Shown here: positions 9,304-19,842 of the stretch, piece by piece | Position numbering within the stretch: the first letter of the stretch is position 1 | Layout: each line of letters opens with the position of its first letter | Source of the DNA: Hydrurus foetidus | Taxonomy: Eukaryota | Assembly: GCA_900617105.1 (NCBI GenBank) | Contig: UYFQ01000001.1 | Location: 1,488,001-1,552,000 of the forward strand | Length of the DNA: 64,000 nucleotides | Direction: 5' to 3' | Made by a program: the position numbers and the translations under genes | Notes under the pieces: generated by a model | The model's database searches: none | Seen by the model: only the letters and a program-made list of their open reading frames with translations | Told to the model about the DNA's origin: nothing

Positions 9304-10825
9304 ATGCTGTACCCCTACCCTGGCGCATCAGGCGCACCCATCGCCTTCAAATCCCATTACGACAACTTCATCGGCGGCAAGTTTGTGCCCCCGGTGGAAG
9401 GCCAGTACATGGACGTGATTACCCCCATCACCGGCAAAGTGTTTGCCCGCGCTGCGCAGTCCACCGCACAAGACATCGAACTGGCGCTGGACGCTGCCCA
9501 CGCCGCCGCGCCCGCCTGGGGCAAGGTGTCCGTCGCTGACCGCGCCAACGTGCTGCTGAAGATTGCCGACCGTATCGAAGCCAACTTGGAAAAACTGGCC
9601 TATGTGGAAACCGTGGACAACGGCAAGCCCATCCGCGAAACGCTGAACGCCGACATCCCACTCACCGTGGACCACTTCCGCTACTTCGCCGGTTGCCTGC
9701 GCTCGCAAGAAGGCGCGTTGAGCCAGTTGGACGACAACACCGTGGCCTACCATTTCCACGAGCCACTGGGCGTGGTGGGGCAAATCATCCCCTGGAACTT
9801 CCCCATCCTCATGGCAGCCTGGAAGCTGGCCCCGGCGCTGGCCGCAGGCAACTGCGTGGTGCTTAAACCCGCAGAGAGCACGCCCATCTCCATCCTGATC
9901 TTGGCCGAGCTGATTGCCGACCTGCTTCCACCCGGCGTACTCAACATCGTCAACGGCTACGGTCGCGAAGCCGGCATGCCGCTGGCCACCAGCAAGCGCA
10001 TTGCCAAGATTGCCTTCACCGGCTCCACCACCACGGGCCGCGTGATTGCCCAGGCCGCCGCCAACAACCTGATTCCCGCCACGCTGGAACTGGGCGGCAA
10101 GAGCCCCAACGTCTTCTTCGCCGACATCATGGACAAGGACGATGCGTTTTTGGACAAGGCCATCGAAGGGCTGGTGCTGTTCGCCTTCAACCAGGGCGAG
10201 GTTTGCACCTGCCCAAGCCGCGCACTGATCCAGGAAAGCATCTACGACAAGTTCATGGAACGCGTGCTCAAGCGCGTGGCTGCCATCAAGCACATGAACC
10301 CGCTGGACACCGACAGCATGATGGGCGCGCAGGCCAGCAAAGAGCAGCTCACCAAGATCCTGTCGTACCTGGACCTGGGCAAGCAGGAAGGCGCCGAAGT
10401 GCTCATTGGCGGCGGCCAAGCCCACTTGGGCGGTGACCTGGAAGGCGGCTACTACGTGCAGCCCACGCTCTTCAAGGGCCACAACAAGATGCGCATCTTC
10501 CAGGAAGAAATCTTCGGGCCCGTGCTGGCTGTCACGACCTTCAAGGATGAAGCCGAAGCGCTGGCGATAGCCAACGACACGCTGTACGGCCTGGGCGCTG
10601 GCGTGTGGAGCCGCAACGGCAACGTGGCCTACCGCATGGGCCGCGCCATCAAAGCTGGCCGCGTATGGACCAACTGCTACCACGCCTACCCTGCGCACGC
10701 CAGCATTCGGCGGCTACAAAGAATCCGGCATTGGCCGCGAGACGCACAAGATGATGCTTGACCACTACCAGCAAACCAAGAATTTGCTGGTGAGCTACAG
10801 CCCTGACAAGCTGGGCTTCTTTTAA
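9304..10825 (+). CDS. aldB: NAD-dependent (acet)aldehyde dehydrogenase, AldB/ExaC/AcoD type; one apparent +1 frameshift near 10701
   Basis: [35 protein letters not shown]; conserved C-terminus [37 protein letters not shown] continues in another frame to TAA 10825; AGGAG RBS. Confidence 0.9.
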
Positions 10826-10849
10826 GCGCACCAAGGCGCATACGGGATA

Positions 10850-10904
10850 AGCCGAAGGGGCTTGGCGAGCGGGAAACCGCAGGCCCAAGCCCTTTCGGTT
10901 TTTT
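10850..10904 (+). terminator. Intrinsic terminator after the aldehyde dehydrogenase
   Basis: Stem GCCGAAGGGGCTTGG...CCAAGCCCTTTCGGT followed by a T-tract. Confidence 0.75.
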
Positions 10905-10977
10905 CACAGATGAGGGGTCAATGTGGAGAAAACTGAAGACGGCGTAAAGTACGCGAATCTCACAAGCCAAAGCATCT

Positions 10978-11217
10978 ATGTACCAAGCCATCGAAGCCGT
11001 CTCTCTAGCGGGTGTTATCCAGCCACTTGAACCTGTTTTGTTCGAGGAAAATGAACAATTAGTGATCCTGCGGATATCCAAAACATTCACATTCACCAGC
11101 ACCGCACCTAGCCCCAGTGCAGATTGGAAACAATGGGCTGGAAAGTTGAAAACATCACCGCATATGAATGGCGATCCTGTGGCAGTTCAAAACGAAATGC
11201 GCCATGAATGGGATTGA
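10978..11217 (+). CDS. Putative antitoxin (DUF104/AF2212-like)
   Basis: MYQAIEAV...GVIQPLEPV..EENEQLVI pattern; small gene overlapping a downstream PIN toxin. Confidence 0.7.
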   Translation: MYQAIEAVSLAGVIQPLEPVLFEENEQLVILRISKTFTFTSTAPSPSADWKQWAGKLKTSPHMNGDPVAVQNEMRHEWD

Positions 11218-11590
11218 GTTTTTGTTGGACACCAATGTGGTCATTGGCTTGCTCAAAGGCCATGATGCTGCCATTGCACTGGCAGAACAACAAGGACTGC
11301 AACTTGAAAAATCTGCGGTTAGCCAAATTACCCGCATGGAATTGCTAGGCTATCCCCAGCTGACAGACGAGGAAGACCAAGCTATACGGTCATTTTTGGC
11401 GGCCTGCCAAGTTAAATTAATTGACGAACGCATCGAGGAAAAAGCGATTCAACTGCGCCGCAGTGGTTTATTCAAATTGCCTGATGCCATCGTTGCAGCA
11501 ACCGCCATCACCAACGCCCTTCGATTGCTGACATTGGATCAGCGGATGGCACAAGGCATGCAAAAGTTGAGTGGCCTGCCTGCGGCTTGA
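11204..11590 (+). CDS. vapC: PIN-domain VapC toxin
   Basis: LLDTNVVI, ITRMELL, KLPDAIVAATA, LLTLD PIN motifs. Confidence 0.9.
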   Translation: MNGIEFLLDTNVVIGLLKGHDAAIALAEQQGLQLEKSAVSQITRMELLGYPQLTDEEDQAIRSFLAACQVKLIDERIEEKAIQLRRSGLFKLPDAIVAATAITNALRLLTLDQRMAQGMQKLSGLPAA

Positions 11591-11603
11591 CCATCCTGGC
11601 GTA

Positions 11604-12905
11604 TCAACCCACCAAATACCTCACCACCCCCAGCCCCGCAGCCCGCCCACTGGCCAAGCTTGCCGTCATCAAATACCCCCCCGTAGGCGCTTCCCAGTCC
11701 AGCATTTCACCGGCGCAGAACACACCGGGGACTCGGTTGAGCATGCTGTGGGCGTCCATCGCGGCCCAGGGCACGCCGCCTGCGGTGCTGATGGCTTCGT
11801 CGATCGGGCGCACGGCGGTCACGCGAATCGGCACGGCTTTGATGGCTGCGGCCAGCTTAGGTAAATCAGCCATGTCTTCGCGGCTCAGCAGCTCGTGCAG
11901 GATGGCGCTTTTGATGCCGTCCAGGTTCAAGCGGCTTTTCAGGTGGCTGCTCATAGAGCGTGAACCGCGCGGGTGCGTCACTTCGGTCAGCACCCGCTCT
12001 TCGGTTTTGTCAGGCAACAAATCGAGGTGGAAGGTGGCGCTGCCGCTGCGGGTGATTTCGTCGCGCAGCAAGGCGGAGGCGGCGTAGACCAAGCTGCCTT
12101 CAACGCCGTCCACGGTGGCGACGAATTCGCCTTTGCGGCTGAAGCTTTGGCCCAGGCTGTCGGTGAAGCGGATAGCGACGGATTTGAAAGGCTGTCCGGC
12201 GAAACGGGTGCTGAAGTGGTCGCTCCAACCCGTAGCCGTGGCACCGCTGGCGGTATCCACGTAGCCGACCTCAAAGCCACAGTTTGACGGTTGCAGCGGC
12301 TGCACGGGCACGCCGCGCTGCGCCAGCAACGCGACCCAGGCGCCGTCTGAGCCGAGTCTGGCCCAGCTGCCACCGCCCAGGGCGAGAACAACCGCATCGG
12401 CGCGGTGGGATTTTTCGGCTTTGGTGTCACCCGTGGAGGTAGCGAATGTCAAACTGCCGTCTTGCGCCCAACCCGTCCAGCGGTGGCGCATGTGAAAGCG
12501 CACGCCGTTGCCGCTCAAAGGGTGGCGCAGGCGGTGCAACCACGCACGCAGCAGCGGCGCGGCCTTCATGTCGATGGGGAAGACGCGGCCCGAGGTGCCG
12601 ACGAAGGTGTCCACGCCCAGGCTTTTGGCCCAGTCTTTGATTTGCTCAGGGCCGAAGTCGTGCAGCCAAGGCGACAGGGCGGTTTGCGCTTGTGGGGCGG
12701 GGCCGAAGCGGGTCTCGAACAGGGCCAAGGGTTCGGAATGGGTCAGGTTCAACCCGCCCTTGCCTGCCAGCAGAAATTTGCGGCCTACGCTGGGCATGGT
12801 GTCGAACAGGTCAACGCTGAGACCAGCGTCCATCAGCGTTTGAGCAGCCATCAGGCCAGCGGGGCCACCGCCGATGACGGCTACGGTTTTAGGTTCAGCT
12901 TTCAT
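11604..12905 (-). CDS. NAD(P)/FAD-dependent oxidoreductase (HI0933/TIGR03862-like flavoprotein)
   Basis: GGGPAG dinucleotide motif, GRKFLLAGKGGLNLTH, AISTAGGV, GEMLDWEAPTGGY. Confidence 0.9.
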   Translation of the reverse strand: MKAEPKTVAVIGGGPAGLMAAQTLMDAGLSVDLFDTMPSVGRKFLLAGKGGLNLTHSEPLALFETRFGPAPQAQTALSPWLHDFGPEQIKDWAKSLGVDTFVGTSGRVFPIDMKAAPLLRAWLHRLRHPLSGNGVRFHMRHRWTGWAQDGSLTFATSTGDTKAEKSHRADAVVLALGGGSWARLGSDGAWVALLAQRGVPVQPLQPSNCGFEVGYVDTASGATATGWSDHFSTRFAGQPFKSVAIRFTDSLGQSFSRKGEFVATVDGVEGSLVYAASALLRDEITRSGSATFHLDLLPDKTEERVLTEVTHPRGSRSMSSHLKSRLNLDGIKSAILHELLSREDMADLPKLAAAIKAVPIRVTAVRPIDEAISTAGGVPWAAMDAHSMLNRVPGVFCAGEMLDWEAPTGGYLMTASLASGRAAGLGVVRYLVG

Positions 12906-15900
12906 TCAATTCAATCAAGGAGCCTTGCGGCGTTAAAAAGGCGGCACGCACGGCTTGGCCGGGGGTGTTTTTTTGCACAGCGCTGCGGTAGCCGTGCAGT
13001 TGGGCGCAGTGTTCTGTGTTGCTCAAGGGGTCAGCGGTGGACTTGTAATCCAGCACCCACCACGTCTGCGAATCACTGCGTTGTACCAGACGGTCAATGC
13101 GGCGCTGCTGACCTGCGATGTTCAAGGGTACTTCGTTGGCTTGCCAGGCAATGAGATCGGCATCCCACACCCAGGCGGCATCGCCTTGGCGGATGGCTTG
13201 GGCGCTGCGGTGGGCCTGGGCGGCTTGGGTGGGGCTGAGGGCAAAGGTGTGGGCTACGGCGGCGATGTGGGCGGGTGTCCAGAGTTCGGCGGGCAAGTCA
13301 GAGGCCAGGGGCAAGCCTTCGAGGAAGCGGTGCATGGCTTTGCCGATGCGGGCATCGTCGGAGTCGTCGGTATCGTCTGCACGCAGGGGTGTTTTGAATG
13401 CTACTGAATTTATAGCTTTCACAGCATATGAAATATGCACAAAAGGCAGTTCTGGCAGTGAAAATACAGCCGTTTTAGCGTTCACAGGGGCTGTAGGAGC
13501 CGCCACGGTACTCTCAGCCTCGGGGTTGACTGCTTGCACGGCTTGCACAACTTGAGTTAACGGCTGCACCCTCGCCCACCAGCTGCCCGCATCAGGCCGG
13601 GCGGGGGTGGCGGATGACAGCACCAGCGTGTGGCGGGCGCGGGTCATGGCGACGTAGAGGGCGTTGAGTTCTTCGCGCTTGCGGGCGGCTTGCTCGGTGG
13701 CGAGGGCTTGGGCGTTGCACAGCGGGGGGCGGGTTTCACTGGCGAGGAAGGTGAAGCGGGTGGGCGCAGCAGCCTCGCCGGGCCAATCGACCAGCACGCC
13801 CATCGTCTCGGCCCGTGTGGGGGTGCCGTCGGTGTCGAGCAGCAAAACCAAGGGGGCTTCCAAACCTTTGGCTCCGTGGACGGTCAGCAGTTGCACGGCG
13901 TGGGCGTTGGCGGTGGTGGGGGCTTTGACGCGAGCGCCTTTGAGGGCACGCACCAGCGCGTAGGGCGTGGCGTAGCGGCCACCGTCGAATTCCAGCGCTG
14001 CAGCCAAAAGGGAGCGCAGGTTGACGATGACGCGCTCGCGGGCGGCGGCGGGCGCGGCGGCTGCAAAGCGGGCCAGCACGTCGCCGTGGTGGTAGATAGC
14101 GTGCAGCGCATCGTGTGGCGGGAGGGTGGCGAGCCAGCCTTGCCATTGGGTTAATTTGGCGGTTATCGCTTGCCAGTCTTGCACCCCGTGCTCTGCTTTA
14201 GGGAGCAGGCTGCGCCAGCTGGAGCCTTTTTCGGCGTGTCGGGCCAGCAGCGCCAAGCCGATCAAATCGTCGTCATCACAGCCAAACAAAGGGGATTTGA
14301 GCGCCTGGGCCAGCGCCAGATCGTTGGTGGGCGACAGCAGCGCGTCGAGCAGGGCCACGATGTCTTGCACCTCGGGCGCGTCGCCGAGCTGGGTTTTTTC
14401 GGGTTGCAGGGCGGGGATGTGCAGGCGGCGCAGCTCGTCTTGCATCAGCCCCAAAACGGCGCGTTTGCGGGCCAGCACCATGAGTTGCTGGGGTTGCAGC
14501 GGATTTTCTGTATCGGCGATGCGGGTTGCCAGCCATGCGGCGGCTTGGCGGCATTCGAGTGTGCGGCGGGTTTCTTCGGGGGTTTCGCGGGGGGTGCTTA
14601 GGCTGTCACGCCAGTGGGTGGTGTCCACGTCGCTGCTGTTGCTTTGACCCGCGTCGGTGGCGATGGCGGGCAGGCTGAGCACTGCGCCGGTGAATTTGGA
14701 ATCGGTGGTGTGGGCGCGGAAATCGGCGTAATCACCCACCTCTTGTGCGGCCAGCATCACCGTGTTGACGGCCTCGACGACCTGCGTGGCGTTGCGCCGG
14801 GTGTGGTCGCAGCTGAGCAAATCGCCGCCCAGCCCTTCGCAGACATAGGCTTGTGCGGCCAAAAACACCTGCGGCTCGGCGCGGCGGAAGCGGTAGATGC
14901 TTTGCTTAGGGTCGCCCACGATGAAGACTTTGGGTGCGTCACCGCTGCCGCTGCCCGCGTAGCTGCTGAGCCAAGCGTACAGCGCCTGCCATTGCAGCGG
15001 GCTGGTGTCTTGAAACTCGTCGATCAGCAGGTGGCGGATGTTGGCATCCAGGCGCTGTTGCAACCAGCCGCTCAGCTCGGGGTGGGCGAGCATGGCTTGG
15101 GCGGCGCGCTCCACGTCGTTCATGTCGATCCAGCCACGTTCGCGCTTGAGGTTGGTGAAGGCGGCGAGCAGCACACGGGTCAGGCGGGCCATGCGCTGTT
15201 GGTGCGCCCAGGCTTGGGTTTGGGTGTGGGCGCTTTGCAGGGTGACGGCCTGCTCTTGGGCCACACGCACCTGGGCGATGTTGGGCACTTTTTCGCTGAA
15301 TTTGCGGGGCGTGCCTTGGGCGGTGAGCAAGGCGGACAAGGCGGCGTCAAAGTCCCCGGCGCTCAGGGCTTGCTCCAACTCGGAACCCTTGGCGGCAAAG
15401 CTGACAGCGCTGGCACGGCCTAAATTGGCGGCGGCGGCATCGAATTCGGCACGGTAGACGCCAGCGGGGGCCAAGGCATCTTGCAGCGAGGCCAGTCCGG
15501 CCAAAGCGGGGAAGAGCTGGTCGGCGGTCTGGACGGACACCTCCACCACACCACTCGCGTCTGCCAGGGCGAATTCCACGCGCTTGCTCAAGGCGGAGGC
15601 CAGCGCGCGCAGCGTCTGGTAGCGGCCATGCGCTTCGACGGTGGCGGTGAAGTCGGCCAACAGCGCTGCATCTTGCGTCAGCGTCTCGAAAAAGCGCGGC
15701 CAGACTTGGCGAACCGCATCGGTGTCGTCTTCCAGCAGCTCGTAGACGCTGGGCAAGTTCAGCTCTTGCAACAGCGCCAGGGGGGCGGTGCGCAGCAGGG
15801 AGGCGAACCAGCTGTGGAAGGTGCGGATCTGCACGGGGCGGCCCGCTTCGAGCACGGTTTGGTATAGATTTTGCAGCGCACTGACCGCATCAGACAAGCG

Positions 15901-16258
15901 CATGCCGCCTTTTTGCGCTGAGAATCCGCGCGCTTTCAGTTCGGGGATTAATTTTTCTGAGGGGGCATTCGCGAACTCGGCCAGCCACTCGTTCAGGCGC
16001 TGGCGCATCTCACCGGCAGCTTTTTTGGTGAAGGTGATGGCGAGGATTTCGTGGGGCTGGAGCGGTGCTTTAGAGGATGCAGTGCCTGCGCCAGCCTGCC
16101 CACTTTCCAGCAAGGCGCGCAGGATGCGCGACACCAGCATCCAGGTTTTGCCCGCACCGGCGCAGGCTTGGACGGTGACGCTGCGGCGGGGGTCGCAGGC
16201 GATTTCGTAGAAGCGTTCGGCGGTGACGGGGTTGCCGTTGTGTTGGTAAGCGGGCCAT
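12895..16258 (-). CDS. addA: AddA-like UvrD helicase/PD-(D/E)XK nuclease; start region affected by an apparent 1-bp frameshift
   Basis: ACAGAGKT Walker A upstream of 16140 in the same frame, AITFTKKAA, DEFQDT, VGDPKQSIYRFR, TVHGAKGLE, YVAMTRA, RIDRL..LDYKS; start position uncertain. Confidence 0.88.
13400..13452 (-). repeat. Degenerate dispersed repeat, in frame in addA
   Basis: AT-rich GCTAC-TGAATTTAT-AGCTT...AAAAGGC block within a GC-rich gene. Confidence 0.5.
14152..14206 (+). repeat. Strongly degenerate dispersed repeat in addA
   Basis: TATCGC-N11-GCAC-N3-GTGCT-N9-GGAGC keeps the consensus spacing. Confidence 0.35.
15861..15915 (-). repeat. Strongly degenerate dispersed repeat in addA
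   Basis: Reverse complement CAAAAAGGCGGC-ATGCGC-N11-GGTC-N3-GCGCT-N9-ATACC keeps the consensus spacing. Confidence 0.35.
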
Positions 16259-16291
16259 GTTGTTGTTGTTGTTGTTGTTGGTGTTGTTGGT
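16259..16291 (-). repeat. (AAC)7 microsatellite with flanking ACC/AAC units
   Basis: GTT x7 at 16259-16279, then GGT GTT GTT GGT. Confidence 0.9.
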
Positions 16292-16298
16292 GATGATC

Positions 16299-16378
16299 GG
16301 GCCGCCGTCGGGCCGCTCCCAAGGCGGGCCAGCCCCCTCGGGGGGCAGCGACCCGCGAAGCGGTGGAGCGTGGGGGCT
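16299..16378. repeat. GC-rich palindromic REP-like element at the addB-addA junction
   Basis: Internal hairpins GCCCCCTCGGGGGGC and CCGCGAAGCGG; single copy in this window. Confidence 0.55.
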
Positions 16379-19122
16379 CATACGGTTTCCCAGAAGTCTT
16401 TGCGGCACAGGCCACGGGCGGCGCAGTAGTCGCAGGCAACGCCCTCGCCTAACGCGGCCAGCACGGCCCCATCGGCGATGCGCTGCATGTCGTCCACGAT
16501 GCCTGCGATCAGCGTGTCGCGGGTGTCCACAACTTCGGTTTGTTCGATCAATTGGGTGCCGTCTTTTTCGTTCAGGTTGAGGTAGGCGGCGCGCAGGCTG
16601 TCGTCGGGCAGCAGCGCGGCATAGAAGGCGATTTGGGTGTCTTCCAAAGGGGTTTTCAGGCGCTCTTTGGTTTTGGTGGGGGGTTCGGTCTTGTAGTCGA
16701 GCAGATAAGCGGGTGCATCGGGCGACACAGCGCTGGCATCTATGCGATCGATGCGGCCTACCAGGGTGATGGGGCCCAGGCCCATTTCGTGCCAGGTTTC
16801 GGCGCTGACGAAATGGGCACCGGTGGCTTCAAACTCGGCGAGCCAGTCCAGGTAGCAGTCGCGCAGACGGGGCCAAGCGGCTTGGTAGGGGAGGAATTCA
16901 CCGGCGCTGAATTTGCGGCGCTCGCGCACGGTTTGCGCGCATTGGTCGAGCAGAGTGCGGCGGGTGGGCAAGTCGCTGGGCAAGGCTGGCGTTTGATGAA
17001 AGTCTTTCAGCACCTCGTGCAGCCAGTCACCGAAATCGCGCTTTTCTAATTCGGAATCCAACTCACTGGCCTCTTTCAAACCGAGTTGACGCAAGGCGAA
17101 AAAGCGGTAGGGGCAACGGCGCAAATCTTCGTAGGCGCTGGCGGAAAGGCGCTTCACGGGCAGGGTTTGGCCACGTGGACGGGGTTGAGGGGTCGGTTCA
17201 GCGGTAATAAGGCGGTTCAGGGTGAGTTTTTCCAAATGAAAATGTCCTTCATCCCTTTCTTTATATGCAGTGACAGCTACTGTATTCATAGCGCCTTGAG
17301 ACTGTTGCGCCAGCAGGTGCAGTTGCAGCAAGGGGCTGGGCAACAAGGTTTCGCCGCCGTTGTCGGTCTTGCGGTACAGCATGTCCACGCGCTGGCACTG
17401 CAAAGCCTGCTGCCATGCGGCGAGTTGCATGGCAGCGCCGTCTTCGCGGGTGGGCAGGCCCAGGGCGATGCGCTCAGGGCCCGTCCAACTGCCGGGCAAT
17501 TCGGGGGAAGGGCTTAAGCGCACTTCGTCGCAGGCGGGCAACACCACGGCGTAAAAGGGGCGGGCCAGGAGTTGCGCCATGGGCAGGATGACCACATGGC
17601 TATCGCCTACTGAGGGGGGTTGGTAGCTGGACGATTCCAAGGCGTGGCGCACCCAGGCGGTGAATTCGTCCAGGCGCATTCGGCGGTCTGCGAGGGGCCA
17701 ATCAGCGAGGGCGGCTTGGGCGGTGTCGCTCAGGTGCAGGGCGGCGATGAGTTCTTGGGCGGCGCTGTCTTCTTGCATCAGAGGCCAGACGCCGCTGGTT
17801 TGCAGGTGGGCCACCACGTCAACCCACCATTGGCGCAGGGGGCGCGGAGATTGCATCCGGGCAAGTTGCTGTTGCAGGCTTTGGGCAAACGCGATGAGCT
17901 CGTCGGGTGGCGCATCCTCGGTTGTGGGTTCGGTGGGTTCGGCTGTTTTGCGCTTCAACACCGACATATCGCGGTCACGCCACAGGGTGCAGCGGGCTTG
18001 TCGCAGCAGGTTTTCCAAGCGTCCCACCAGCGGCTCGGGGAACGCGGGGGAGTTTTTGAGCCAGTCCAGCACGGCATCGCTACCGGCTTGCCAGCCGCAA
18101 GCTTGCAGCTGCGTCATCAGGGTGGCGGCGGCGCGGGTGGTGGACAGCGTCCAGCCGGTTTCGTCGCGAATGGAAAGCCCTTGGGTTTCCAGCATGGCGC
18201 GGATGCGGCGGGTGAGCGTGCGGTCGGTGGCGACGAGGGCCACGGGAGGGAAGGGATCGTCTGACGCACGGGCGGCTTCATGGGCTGATTCACGCACGGC
18301 GACGTGGCGCAACACGCAGGCAGCAGCCCACAGGGCTTCTTCTTCAAAGTCTAAAGCGGCGTGGGTCTGGATGCTGCCTTGAGGGACGGCATCGACCAGG
18401 GAGAAGTGAACGGCGTTGTCACCAAATTGCGCGGCCAGGGCTTCTGATAGAGGGTCATCTTGGAAGCCTTTGAGGACGATGAGGCAGTCCACGTTGTGCG
18501 TCAAACGCAGAGGTTCACCCGCCTCCGCAGCCCACAGCACATCGGTGGCATAGGACGAAAACGCGGCCCAGGTCAGTGCCAGTTGCGTGATGGCCAATTC
18601 CATGCGCAGGGCTTGGGGAGCGGGGCTGTCGCCGTTGAGAGTGTTCAAAGCCTCTCGAACCTGCGCGGCCCAAGCAAGGCGCTTATCTGGCGCGACGGCG
18701 GCGGCACAATGCGCCAAGGGGCCGCAGGCTTGCAGCAGGCGCGGCATCAAGTCCACATCCGCCTGCGCTAAACCAGCGCGTTCCAGCAGGCTGCGAGCGG
18801 TAAGGCTGTCGAGGGCGGCATCAAAGCGGTAATCGTCGCCTGCATGGGGTTGCGGGGCTTGCGCCCCCAAGGTCAGCGCCCAGTTTTTGGTGGTCTCGAA
18901 CCGGGGTGCAAAGCCATCAGGCCATGTTTGCGCCCACAGGCGGTTGGCCAGCGCCAGCAGTTGACCGTAGGGCAAGAGCACCACCACGCGGGAAGGGTGA
19001 AGGCCGCGCTCAGCGATCTCGGCGGCGATGCGGGCCAGCAGGCCGCCATCGGGAGACAGCCACACGGTGTGGGATTCAAAGGCGGCGGGCAAGAAATCTA
19101 AAGATTTTTCTATCAAAGTCAT
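16378..19122 (-). CDS. addB: AddB-like PD-(D/E)XK nuclease with Fe-S cysteines
   Basis: LSASAYEDLRRCPYRFF, GRIDRID, LLDYKT, C-terminal CDYC..RGLCR; directly upstream of the addA-like gene. Confidence 0.88.
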   Translation of the reverse strand: MTLIEKSLDFLPAAFESHTVWLSPDGGLLARIAAEIAERGLHPSRVVVLLPYGQLLALANRLWAQTWPDGFAPRFETTKNWALTLGAQAPQPHAGDDYRFDAALDSLTARSLLERAGLAQADVDLMPRLLQACGPLAHCAAAVAPDKRLAWAAQVREALNTLNGDSPAPQALRMELAITQLALTWAAFSSYATDVLWAAEAGEPLRLTHNVDCLIVLKGFQDDPLSEALAAQFGDNAVHFSLVDAVPQGSIQTHAALDFEEEALWAAACVLRHVAVRESAHEAARASDDPFPPVALVATDRTLTRRIRAMLETQGLSIRDETGWTLSTTRAAATLMTQLQACGWQAGSDAVLDWLKNSPAFPEPLVGRLENLLRQARCTLWRDRDMSVLKRKTAEPTEPTTEDAPPDELIAFAQSLQQQLARMQSPRPLRQWWVDVVAHLQTSGVWPLMQEDSAAQELIAALHLSDTAQAALADWPLADRRMRLDEFTAWVRHALESSSYQPPSVGDSHVVILPMAQLLARPFYAVVLPACDEVRLSPSPELPGSWTGPERIALGLPTREDGAAMQLAAWQQALQCQRVDMLYRKTDNGGETLLPSPLLQLHLLAQQSQGAMNTVAVTAYKERDEGHFHLEKLTLNRLITAEPTPQPRPRGQTLPVKRLSASAYEDLRRCPYRFFALRQLGLKEASELDSELEKRDFGDWLHEVLKDFHQTPALPSDLPTRRTLLDQCAQTVRERRKFSAGEFLPYQAAWPRLRDCYLDWLAEFEATGAHFVSAETWHEMGLGPITLVGRIDRIDASAVSPDAPAYLLDYKTEPPTKTKERLKTPLEDTQIAFYAALLPDDSLRAAYLNLNEKDGTQLIEQTEVVDTRDTLIAGIVDDMQRIADGAVLAALGEGVACDYCAARGLCRKDFWETV
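17238..17292 (+). repeat. Dispersed ~55-bp repeat, in frame in addB
   Basis: CATCCC-N11-GCAG-TGA-CAGCT-N9-ATAGC. Confidence 0.6.
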
Positions 19123-19158
19123 AGCTGGATGCTACAGGTTCGTTGTGGGTTGCAGGCC
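19109..19158 (-). repeat. Dispersed repeat overlapping the addB start codon
   Basis: TCTAT-CAAAGTCAT-AGCTG-GAT-GCTA...GGGTTGCAGGCC. Confidence 0.5.
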
Positions 19159-19262
19159 TTGCTTTCTGTCACAATGCCTCCAGTTTTTCCCAGAGCAAAC
19201 GGCATGTTGCGTTTGGCTCAGCCTCTCACAGACCTTATAAAACCACCGCCGAAAGATTCACC

Positions 19263-19595
19263 ATGGCCAACGAACTCATCACACACACGACCGACGCTGC
19301 TTTTGAAGCGGATGTACTGAAATCCACCCTGCCTGTGCTGGTGGACTACTGGGCTGAATGGTGCGGCCCTTGCAAGATGATCGCGCCTATCTTGGACGAA
19401 GTGGCAACCACCTACGCTGGCCGCTGCAACATCGCCAAGATGAACGTGGATGAAAACAAAGACATCCCCGCAAAATTCGGCATCCGTGGCATCCCGACAC
19501 TGATGTTGTTCAAGGGCGGCGAGCTGGCAGCAACCAAAGTCGGCGCCTTGAGCAAATCGCAATTGACCGCGTTCATTGACCCGCAACTGGTTTAA
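19263..19595 (+). CDS. trxA: Thioredoxin
   Basis: WAEWCGPCK active site; trxA-rho synteny. Confidence 0.97.
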   Translation: MANELITHTTDAAFEADVLKSTLPVLVDYWAEWCGPCKMIAPILDEVATTYAGRCNIAKMNVDENKDIPAKFGIRGIPTLMLFKGGELAATKVGALSKSQLTAFIDPQLV

Positions 19596-19842
19596 ATTCG
19601 CGCTTGATGCACCCCATGCCAAAGAGCTTGCCGCTCTTTGGCAGCCCTCTCGGCCCCCTCCCCTCGTTTCCTGTCATAATTCTTTTGTTCGCTGCGAGGT
19701 CTATAGGACTTTCAGCCCGAACATTGGATTGTTGAAGCCCTGATGACCCTGGCGCTTGCCTCAACTCCAAAACCCACCCCTCCCCCTCAACGTTCCGCGA
19801 TCATTCTTCCGCGTTACCCCCTTGAGCCCTGACGGAGTAAAC

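Noticed and set aside
10690..10825. Programmed frameshift or pseudogene in the aldehyde dehydrogenase
   Set aside because: Single extra base with no slippery sequence, in an assembly that has many similar indels
19600..19842. C-rich pyrimidine leader before rho
   Set aside because: Consistent with the known Rho autoregulatory leader; not novel and not precisely delimitable
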